Assembly: GCA_050613775.1 (NCBI GenBank)
Contig: JBODTK010000121.1
Span: forward strand, 479,777 to 499,776
From: Neocallimastix sp. 'constans'
Taxonomy: Eukaryota
Length of the DNA: 20,000 nt
Direction of reading: 5' to 3'
In this document: piece after piece, positions 1 through 9,299 of the stretch
Layout of the letters: the number at the start of each line of letters is the position of its first letter
Position numbering within the stretch: position 1 is the stretch's first letter
Translations under genes and position numbers: made by a program
Notes under the pieces: model-generated
Seen by the model: only the letters and a program-made list of their open reading frames with translations
Told to the model about the DNA's origin: nothing
Database searches by the model: none

Positions 1-23
1 AGCTTTTGAGGGTTTGAAGACAT
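1..23 (-). CDS. Possible start of a gene running off the left edge (MSSNPQK...)
   Basis: ATG at 23-21 in a GAAAAAGATG context with an open frame to the edge. Only 7 codons are visible. Confidence 0.25.
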
Positions 24-168
24 CTTTTTCTCAATAAAACTTTTTTTTTTTTTATATCATTTAATTTTTTTATTCAAAGTCCTTGCATCTTTAATCTATG
101 CCATGAGTAATGTTGACAATTAGTAGGAATATGATTGAGTGAGATAGTTAATAATAATAATACATGAT

Positions 169-205
<37 letters not shown>

Positions 206-490
206 CTTTTTATAGAGCATCTTTTCTTATTGGAAACCGAAAAAGAAATGAGAGAGAGAGAGAGAGAGAGCATAATATAAAACAATAATAAATAAATAAA
301 CATTTAATAATATAAAGTTAACTCAAAATAACCCTTCATCATAATATATATTTATTTTAATATAAAGTTTTTAAACATACAAATTCCAAATTACTTAATA
401 ATAATAATAAAAATTAATAAAAATTAATAAATAATATATATTATATATATAAAATAAAAAAAAAAATTTGTAGATAATAATTAGATAATA

Positions 491-531
<41 letters not shown>

Positions 532-1266
532 GTCTTTATAAATAAATTAAAAAAAAAGATAAAAAATAAAAAAAAAAAAATAAAATATAAAATAAAAAAA
601 AAGATAAAAATTAAAAAAAAAAAGATAAAAAAAAAAAAAAATTATTTTAAAAAATTAAAATTTTTTATGGATGGATGAATGAAGTTTTTAAATTTTTTAA
701 ATTTTTTAAAATTTTTAATTTTAAAATTTTTTTTTTTTTTTTCCTTCTTTTATTTTATTTTATTTTATTTTATTTTATTTTTGAGAAGAGAGTAAAAAAA
801 AAAAAAAAAAAAGAAAGGAATAAAATATATATATATATATATATATAAATTTTTTTAAATATTTAATATTCAATTTTTAATTTTTTTTTTCATTCCTTCT
901 TTTTTATTTATTTAGTAAATTAAAGAATGAAAAGTAAAGAAAAAAAAAAGTTAATACAATCTTTTTTTTTTTTTTTATAAATATTAATTTTATTTTATTT
1001 TATTTTATTTTATTTTTTGTTTTTACTTTTTTATGGAGTTAAATTTTATATATATGTTATTTATAAAAAAAAAAAAAAAAAAATTAAAAACTTAAATTTA
1101 AAATTATTAATTAATATAATATAAATTTTATTTATTGATATAATTACAATGATTATTACTTTTTTTTTTTTTTTTTTTTTATCATTTTATTATTATTATT
1201 ATAGTTATTATTATAGTTATTATTATTATTTTTTTTAACTTTTCACTAATCATTTTATATTGATGC

Positions 1267-4200
1267 TTAAACAAGTTCAATACCACCAGCTTCTTCAAAT
1301 TGTTTTCTAAGATATTCCTTATAGTCACGAATATCACCTTCCCATGGTGTAACCTTTTGATTTTCAACAACCCAAATTTCCTTAGTAACTTGATCAATTA
1401 AACGGAAATCGTGAGAAATTAATACAACACCACCATCAAAGTTATCAATTGCTTCGGCTAAAGCATCAATAGTTTCAATATCCAAGTGGTTAGTAGGTTC
1501 ATCAAGGAAAAGAATATGTGGATTACGCATAGCTAACCAAGCAAAAATGACACGACGACATTGACCATCAGAAAGTTGATTCATTGGAATAACTTGACTC
1601 TTACCAGTTAAACCGAAACGACCAATAATTTGTCTCATTTCTTGAGCCTTGTATTCAGGGAATTGTGTAATCATATATTCAACTGGAGATTGTTCCATAT
1701 TTAATTGTTCGACTAAATGTTGATGGAAACGAGCAATACGTAAGTGATGATTACGTTTAACTTCACCAGCTAAGGGTTCAATTTGACCAACTAATAACTT
1801 TAAAAGAGTAGACTTACCAGCACCATTTGGACCAACAATGGTAACACGAGAATCTAAATCAAGACCAAAGTTAATATCTTTGAAAAGAATATGATCTTTA
1901 TCGTAACCAAAATCAGCATCACGAACTTGTAATACTGGTGGTGGAAGACCACGACCACAGTCATTGAATCTGAATGTGAATTGCTTTTCATTAATGACTT
2001 CATCCATATCTTTGGCAGCCTTTTCTTTTCTTTCTTTAAGCATTTTTTCTTTACCCTTAGATTGTTTAATAGCTCTTGTACCTTCTTTTTGCATCTTTTC
2101 TTGCATAAGTTTGTTTTGTTTCTCTTGAATCTTTTGCTTCTTACGAGCAGCAGCTTCCTTTTCAGCACGGGCTCTGACAAAAGTATCATAATCACCAGTG
2201 TAGTAATTAAGCTTACCTCTTTGCATATGAATAATATCAGTACAGACACCGTTTAAGAAATCTTGTGAGTGAGAAATAATAAGTAAAGTGTGTTCGTATT
2301 GCTTTAAATATTCTTCTAACCATACACAAGCACCTAAATCTAAGTGATTAGTTGGTTCATCTAAAAGTAAAAGAGTTGGTTTAACGAAAAGAGCACGAGC
2401 TAAAGAAATTCTCATACGCCAACCACCAGAGAATTCACGAGTTTTCATAAGAAGCATTTCTTCTGAGAAACCAAGACCTCTTAAAACATCCTTAGCTTTT
2501 CTTTCGGCAAAACCAACATCTAATTCATTAAGACGTTCCATAATAACTTCTAATCTTGGATCTTCTGTGTTACCTTCAGCTAAGATATCTTCCATTTCAA
2601 TTTCTAAATTATCTCTTTCACTTTTTACAATATCTACAACAGCTTCAATAGCAGTCATATCGGTTGCATCAAATTCACGATCAAGAACGTAAATATCAAT
2701 GGTGTTTGGAATGTAAACATCACGTCTAGCAATAACTTGAAGTAATGTAGACTTACCACAACCGTTAGCACCTAATAAACCATAACGACGTCCATGAACT
2801 AAACTTAAAGTAGTATCCTTAACTAATTGTTGTCCGAACGCAGAAATTGAGAAGTTGTTAATAAGAATATCTTTAGAATTAATATGAGAAAGATAATCGC
2901 CAGTAACATTTAAATTATCTGGCTTTGGAATAGCTGATCTAGTAGCACGTGTTTTAAGTTCACCAATTTCATCAAATGGAACATCATTAACATTTAATTT
3001 TTCTAATTTTTCTGTAACCTTTTCAATATTTTCTTTTGTCTTATCATCATTATTAGCATTACTTTCAACTTCAGCTGGAGTAGAAACTTCTGAAGCAGAA
3101 ATAGCAGCAGCTAAAATATCTGTAGCTTCTACAGTAACACGATTCTTCTTACGACCAGTACGTCTATCCTTCTTCTTTTTTTTACCACTAGTTTTTTCTT
3201 GTTCTTTTTCTGGTTCTGGTGTTTGTACTTCTGGAGTTTCTGTTTCAATTTCTTTAGATTCAGAAGCATCTTCAGTTATTTTAGTTGAATCATCATCATC
3301 ATCATCTGCATGCTTCTTCTTCTTCTTCTTCTTTTTCTTTTCACTATCTTCATCATCAACGTCATCTCCTTCGTCATCATGCTTCTTCTTCTTCTTTTTC
3401 TTTTTCTTTTTACCATCGTCATCTTCATTGTCTTCAGCTTCAGCATCTTCATCTTCATCATCTGCATGCTTCTTCTTCTTCTTCTTCTTCTTTTTCTTTT
3501 CACTATCTTCATCATCAACGTCATCTCCTTCGTCATCATGCTTCTTCTTCTTCTTCTTTTTCTTTTTCTTTTCACCATCGTCATCTTCATTGTCTTCAGC
3601 TTCAGCATCTTCATCTTCATCATCTGCATGCTTCTTCTTCTTCTTCTTCTTCTTTTTCTTTTCACTATCTTCATCATCAACATCATCTCCTTCGTCATCA
3701 TGCTTCTTCTTCTTCTTCTTTTTCTTTTTCTTTTCACCATCGTCATCTTCATTGTCTTCAGCTTCAGCATCTTCATCTTCATCATCTGCATGCTTCTTCT
3801 TCTTCTTCTTCTTTTTCTTTTCTCCATCTTCATCATCAACATCATCACCTTCATCATCATGCTTCTTCTTCTTCTTTTTCTTCTTCTTTTCACCATCATC
3901 ATCTTCATTATCTTCAGCTTCAGCATCTTCATCTTCATCATCTGCATGCTTCTTCTTCTTCTTCTTCTTTTTCTTTTCTCCATCCTCATCATCAACATCA
4001 TCTCCTTCATCATCATGCTTCTTCTTCTTTTTCTTCTTCTTTTTCTTTTCACTTTCATCGTCATCTCCATTAGCTTCATCTTCATTATCTTCATCATCTT
4101 GCTTCTTCTTTTTACTCTTTTTCTTCTTTTTACCTTCATCTTCACTAACATTTTCTGTACTGATATCTAAAGATTCCATCTTTTCAGCTAAATCAGTTTC

Positions 4201-5421
4201 TTCATTTTTATCAACAGATTCAGATGCTTCTTTTTCCTTTTGTTCTTGTTCCTCTTGAAGTTTACTAATCATTTCCATTTCAGCATCGAAATCATCAAAG
4301 TTATTCTTCTTTCCTTTCTTTCCTTTCTTTCCTTTTTTACCTTTAGCCATTGGAACTGGCTCTTCTTCTGGTTCTTCTTTTGGTTCCTCCTTTGGTTGTT
4401 CTTTTTGTTGTTCTTTTTGTTGTTCTTCTTCTTGAAGTTTACTAATCATTTCCATTTCAGCATCGAAATCATCAAAGTTATTCTTCTTTCCTTTCTTTCC
4501 TTTCTTTCCTTTTTTACCTTTAGCCATTGGAACTGGCTCTTCTTCTGGTTCTTCTTTTGGTTCCTCCTTTGGTTGTTCTTTTTGTTGTTCTTCTTCTTGA
4601 AGTTTACTAATCATTTCCATTTCAGCATCGAAATCATCAAAGTTATTCTTCTTTCCTTTCTTTCCTTTCTTTCCTTTTTTACCTTTAGCCATTGGAACTG
4701 GCTCTTCTTCTGGTTCTTCTTTTGGTTCCTCCTTTGGTTGTTCTTTTTGTTGTTCTTTTTGTTGTTCTTCTTCTTGAAGTTTACTAATCATTTCCATTTC
4801 AGCATCGAAATCATCAAAGTTATTCTTCTTTCCCTTCTTTCCCTTCTTTCCTTTTTTACCTTTAGCCATTGGAATGACTTCTTCTTCAACATCATTCTCT
4901 TGAAGTTTAGCACTTGACTCCATTTCCGCATCGAAATCATCATCAAAATTATTTTTCTTTTCTTTTTTACCTTTTTTACCTTTTTTTCCTTTAGCAACTG
5001 GAACTTCGTCACTCTTAGTACTACTTTCTATATCATCATCATCATCAAAATTATTTTTACCTTTTTTACCTTTTTTACCTTTTTTACCCTTTTTACCTTT
5101 TGGTTTTATTTCCTCTTCTTCTTCTTCTTCTTCTTCATTTTCTTGTTTCTCTTCTTCCTCTTCATCAATTAAATCTTCAAATCCATTGTTTTTTTTATTT
5201 TTTTTATTCTTTTTATTATTCTTTTTTGGAGCTATAACAACTTCTTCTTCTTCATCATCACCATCATCATCATTTAATGCTAATAAATCAAAACCAGTTG
5301 CCATGGTATTTGATGTTGAATTGAAATTATCATCATCAAACTTTAAATCATACTTATTATCATCATCACTGTTGAATCCGTAATCCTTATTCTTTTTCTG
5401 ATTCTTTTTTCCTCTAGCCAT
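1267..5421 (-). CDS. ABC-F family soluble, translation-associated ATPase with ABCF2/Arb1-like core and a long repetitive N-terminal extension
   Basis: Uninterrupted 1384-aa ORF with two ATPase domains. NBD1: Walker A GANGCGKS (2749-2772), FSGGWRMR, LLLDEPTNHLD, SHSQDFLNGVCT. NBD2: Walker A GPNGAGKS (1810-1833), LSDGQ, LFLDEPTNHLDIETIDAL, SHDFRLI. No transmembrane segments. LSDGQ, SHSQDFLNGVCT and RFGLTGK match my recollection of ABCF2/Arb1 rather than ABCF1 or GCN20. No symbol given because orthology is uncertain. Confidence 0.95.
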   Translation of the reverse strand: MARGKKNQKKNKDYGFNSDDDNKYDLKFDDDNFNSTSNTMATGFDLLALNDDDGDDEEEEVVIAPKKNNKKNKKNKKNNGFEDLIDEEEEEKQENEEEEEEEEEIKPKGKKGKKGKKGKKGKNNFDDDDDIESSTKSDEVPVAKGKKGKKGKKEKKNNFDDDFDAEMESSAKLQENDVEEEVIPMAKGKKGKKGKKGKKNNFDDFDAEMEMISKLQEEEQQKEQQKEQPKEEPKEEPEEEPVPMAKGKKGKKGKKGKKNNFDDFDAEMEMISKLQEEEQQKEQPKEEPKEEPEEEPVPMAKGKKGKKGKKGKKNNFDDFDAEMEMISKLQEEEQQKEQQKEQPKEEPKEEPEEEPVPMAKGKKGKKGKKGKKNNFDDFDAEMEMISKLQEEQEQKEKEASESVDKNEETDLAEKMESLDISTENVSEDEGKKKKKSKKKKQDDEDNEDEANGDDDESEKKKKKKKKKKHDDEGDDVDDEDGEKKKKKKKKKHADDEDEDAEAEDNEDDDGEKKKKKKKKKHDDEGDDVDDEDGEKKKKKKKKKHADDEDEDAEAEDNEDDDGEKKKKKKKKKKHDDEGDDVDDEDSEKKKKKKKKKKHADDEDEDAEAEDNEDDDGEKKKKKKKKKKHDDEGDDVDDEDSEKKKKKKKKKKHADDEDEDAEAEDNEDDDGKKKKKKKKKKHDDEGDDVDDEDSEKKKKKKKKKHADDDDDDSTKITEDASESKEIETETPEVQTPEPEKEQEKTSGKKKKKDRRTGRKKNRVTVEATDILAAAISASEVSTPAEVESNANNDDKTKENIEKVTEKLEKLNVNDVPFDEIGELKTRATRSAIPKPDNLNVTGDYLSHINSKDILINNFSISAFGQQLVKDTTLSLVHGRRYGLLGANGCGKSTLLQVIARRDVYIPNTIDIYVLDREFDATDMTAIEAVVDIVKSERDNLEIEMEDILAEGNTEDPRLEVIMERLNELDVGFAERKAKDVLRGLGFSEEMLLMKTREFSGGWRMRISLARALFVKPTLLLLDEPTNHLDLGACVWLEEYLKQYEHTLLIISHSQDFLNGVCTDIIHMQRGKLNYYTGDYDTFVRARAEKEAAARKKQKIQEKQNKLMQEKMQKEGTRAIKQSKGKEKMLKERKEKAAKDMDEVINEKQFTFRFNDCGRGLPPPVLQVRDADFGYDKDHILFKDINFGLDLDSRVTIVGPNGAGKSTLLKLLVGQIEPLAGEVKRNHHLRIARFHQHLVEQLNMEQSPVEYMITQFPEYKAQEMRQIIGRFGLTGKSQVIPMNQLSDGQCRRVIFAWLAMRNPHILFLDEPTNHLDIETIDALAEAIDNFDGGVVLISHDFRLIDQVTKEIWVVENQKVTPWEGDIRDYKEYLRKQFEEAGGIELV
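3290..4075 (-). repeat. Coding tandem repeat B in the ABC-F N-terminus (~5 copies of 156-162 nt; poly-Lys and acidic blocks)
   Basis: The anchor tctgcatgc recurs at 3305, 3461, 3623, 3785 and 3941. Unit peptide: poly-K, HDDEGDDVDDED(G/S)E, poly-K, HADDEDEDAEAEDNEDDDGE. Confidence 0.95.
4250..4875 (-). repeat. Coding tandem repeat A in the ABC-F N-terminus (~3.5 copies of 165-177 nt)
   Basis: The anchor gccattgg recurs at 4346, 4523, 4688 and 4865 (spacing 177/165/177). Unit peptide: PMAKGKKGKKGKKGKKNNFDDFDAEMEMISKLQEEEQQKEQ(QKEQ)PKEEPKEEPEEEPV. Confidence 0.95.
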
Positions 5422-8005
5422 TTTTCAATGATTAATATTATTTAAAAATATATTATATGAGAAATTTATTTAATTGATATTTATATATTGCTAATAATAT
5501 TATTATTGAATATTGATATATTATATTTTTTTCGATTCAATAATTAATACTATTATTTATATAAAATATTATTTTTTCTTTTTTTACGAAAAAAAAAGTA
5601 CAACTAGTATTAGATTTTCTTTAAAAGATGAAAATCTTATTTTAAATAATAATTTGTATTATAAAAATTTTAGTGTAAAAGTCTATTAATAAATGAATAA
5701 TTAAATTAAAATATTATAATTGTATATTGCACCTTGTCAATTTTACAATTTATATTTTAATCTTTCAATTATTTTTATTAATATGAATTTATCTAAATAC
5801 TTTATAACAATTATTATTAATAAACTTTCGCGAAGAAGAAAAAAAATTATTTTTTTATTTTTTATATTATATTAAATTCCAAAAATCAAGAAAATATTCA
5901 AATATATTATATAGATAATTTATATTACAATATATTTTAATATATTGGATAAATTAAATTTTCATTAATATTTGATTTTTTTAAAAAATAAAAATAAAAT
6001 ATATTATTTTTTTTTTAAAAAAATTTATTAAATATATTAATTTTAATTTTTTTTTCTTTATTTTGTTTTTTTTATTAACTATTTTTTATATTTATATTTT
6101 TTTATATACTTATATTTATTTTTTTTATTTTTATATTTTAATATGTTTTTGTATTTTTAATTTTATTATTATTTTATTTTTTTTTGTCTTAATATGCTTT
6201 TATATTTATATTTTTTATTTTTCAGTATTTTTATTTTTTTATCAGAAGTACATTCAATTAAATATGAATTTTACTTAGACATAATCTTTAAAAAATAATA
6301 CATAATATATACGTACAAATATGTTCAGTTTATAAATTGTTTATACAAATAGAATTGATTTTGTTATAAATAATTAATTTTTAAAATTTTATTTAAAGTA
6401 ATAAATTAATATTAAATTATTTTTATGCAAACTTAATGATATATATAAATGTATATTTCAACCCATTGAGGTGTAATACATTGTTGATATGTCTATATAA
6501 CCAATCATATATTAGTTTAATTTATGTATAATCATAAATTTAGTAACCAATCATACTTATATGTTAATACATTATTATACAGAAATTAAGTTTAATAAAA
6601 AATTTCAATTTTAACAAGGAATAATTTAAAAATAATTTTAGTGTATTATAAAGGAATGTACATATACTAGTATAGTTGTTAAAAAGTAAAATTTCAAATT
6701 AACATATTTGTATATTTGTAAATTGTTCTATTTAAATAACACTTTCTTTAATTATATTATATATCGATTTATAATTATTCAATAATATTGTTAGATATAT
6801 TTTTTATTAGTAAATAATAATAAAATAAAACATTTGGTATAAATTTCTATAAAATATTAATTTATATTAAGTATCACTAAATTATATTATATGATTAGTT
6901 TATAAAACTAGACTCAAAACCTTATTCTTTAATGAGAAATAAGAACTTTTTTTAAAAAATATAAATATATATAATGCGTTATTTTGATTACTTACTTATT
7001 TATTAAGTTAAATAAATATGAATATAATTTTATTTCTTCTTACATTTAAACCAATTATTTTAATTCATAATTGTTTTCTTATTTCTTTTGACATTAAAAT
7101 AATTATAGAATACAATTCTATATTAATTTATTTTATTTAAAAAATGAATTATTACCAATATTTTCATCTTCATTTGCTGGTCCATTGATTATAATATATA
7201 TTATTATTTAGTTAATAGAGGTTTTGAAATATATGGTTATGTTTTTTTAATAAAATCTTCATATATTGCAAATAGCGCCTTTACTTATAATATTATTCAT
7301 AATATAACAAATTTTTAGTTACAATTATATAATAAATGTTTTTTTTTTTTCCTCATTCTATCACATTAAAAACAATATGTTTTACAAAGAAGATTATGTT
7401 ATTTCGTAATTTATTTATTTATTTTTTTTTTTTCATTATTTTTATTTTTAAATTTTTTTTATTTTCATTTATTGTTTATTAATTTTTACTATTATAATTT
7501 ATTTATTTATTTATTTAAATTATATAGAAAGAAATATTTCTGTATTTGCCAGGATTTTAATTTGAAAGGGAATGTCCATTGTTGGGGAAAAGGAAAAATA
7601 TGATTAAAGTGGCAAAAATATTAAAGTAATTATCATTATTGGACTTTAAATAGTATATAATAAATTATTTTTAGAACGTTAATAAAATATATTAAAATTA
7701 TTAATAAGAATATTGATAAAGGATTTTAGTAATAAAAATTAATAAAAAAATATTAATAAGGTATTTGTTATAAAATATTAAATATTAATTATAAAATATT
7801 AATCAAAAATTTAAAATAGATTATTAAAAAGGTTGAATATCCATTTTAAAATTTATAATAAAGATTTACTGTAAAAATATAATATATATATATTTTAGAC
7901 TTAGAGAAAACTTTATTTAATTTATAATAATAATAAATTACATGATAAATGAAAAATAAAAAATAAAATACATAAAATGAAATATTATATATTATATAAT
8001 TATAA

Positions 8006-8330
8006 AAGTGCGTTAGAAGCAATAGTTTCTAACTTTTCCCATTTATTAATGATAACATCGAGTCCATTATTACGGAGTAATAATATCACTAGGGTTATCA
8101 ACCCAATCTGTATTAGATTTTTCACCGGGAGGTGAAAATCCATGCCTTATCATATAATTTCGATGTCAATAGTCTTTAGCAATGATAGATTCAATGGAAT
8201 ACCATTTCATTATCAATCTAAAAAATCGACAAATTAATTGGTATTACGTTTGTTAGAAACTCCGCAATCCCCACAAAATACGGAATAGTCGACGAGGTTG
8301 AAGTTTGTTTAAAAAATATTGTCAACTAAT
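8006..8330 (-). pseudogene. Degraded coding fragment, possibly chromodomain-like and probably transposon-derived
   Basis: GC-elevated island. The minus strand reads MKWYSIESIIAKDY*HRNYMIRHGFSPPGEKSNTDWVDNPSDII from 8210, then NNGLDVIINKWEK in a shifted frame. Resemblance to a chromodomain is by eye only. Confidence 0.3.
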
Positions 8331-8489
8331 TATCTTTGTTTCCTATCATTAAATTTAATTTTATTTCATATATTGAACCCCCCCCCCCCCCCCCAAGAAG
8401 ACCACTCAATATAAAATAATAAATATTATTATCATAATCCTTTTCTGAATCTAAAGAAATATCAAAAGATTTTTCTTCAATAATCAAAT

Positions 8490-8700
8490 ATAAAATATAT
8501 TAATAAAAGATTTATTATAAGAATTTTTATTTTAAACTATTTTAATAAAAGGTTTATCATAAGAATATTTATTTTAAACTATTTTAATAAAAGGTTTATT
8601 ATAAGAATATAAAAATTTGGTTTATAATTATCTTTTTTTATTAATTTATTAAAGGTTTATAATTTGGTTTAATGATTATTATATTTTTAATGATATATTT
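8490..8700 (+). repeat. Dispersed AT-rich repeat copy related to 12120-12446, containing a 42-bp tandem duplication
   Basis: Shared blocks in the same order: atattaataaaagatttattataagaat (~8497 and ~12127) and aatttggtttaat(g/a)atta(t/a)tatatttttaatgatata (~8661-8697 and ~12410-12446). taagaat recurs at 8518, 8560 and 8602. Confidence 0.65.
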
Positions 8701-9299
8701 TAATAAATGCTAACTTTCGTGGGAAAAATAAAATTATATTATAGAAAATACAATATTTTAATAATAAAAATAAATCAATAAACGATAATATGCTTTATAA
8801 AAAACATTTTTATTAATAATATAAAATATAAAATTAAATTTTAAAAACTACCTATTGACTGAACTATTAACTAAATTACTCGTATCTTTAATTACTCATT
8901 ATTCGTTCTTTGTTCTTGATTTTACAGCTATTTATATTTTTATTAAAGTTAAAATTGATGGCATTTCATAAATATTATAAAACAAAATAAAATATTATAT
9001 TGAATTAAAATTAATAATATAATTTTTATTATAATTTTGGACATTATAAATTTTTAGAAGATAGGAAAGTTCAATTAGTGTAAGAAAACAATAATTTATT
9101 TCGTGGGTTTATTATATATAAGAAGATATCTTTATGGACAATAAAACTAATAAAAACTATATAAATAACTTGAATTACACTTCAATATATAATAAATATT
9201 GATAAGACTATTAATTTAATATTTGTTTTATTCATATTATTCTTTAATTGTTTTTTTTTTTTATTTAATGCTATTATTATTTAATAATTAATCTTCAAT

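Noticed and set aside
170..1180. Long poly(A)/poly(T) runs and (GA)n, (TA)n and (TTTTA)n tracts
   Set aside because: Ordinary simple repeats for such an AT-rich genome; apparent inverted repeats follow from composition alone.
1182..5383. Alternative-frame and antisense ORFs overlapping the ABC-F gene (e.g. 3276-4151, 3285-4073, 3310-4170, 3428-4258, 4240-4917)
   Set aside because: Shadow ORFs produced by AAG/GAT/GAA triplet repeats and biased codon use.
6063..6278. 71-aa F/I/Y-rich ORF
   Set aside because: T-rich low-complexity intergenic sequence with a TTG start.
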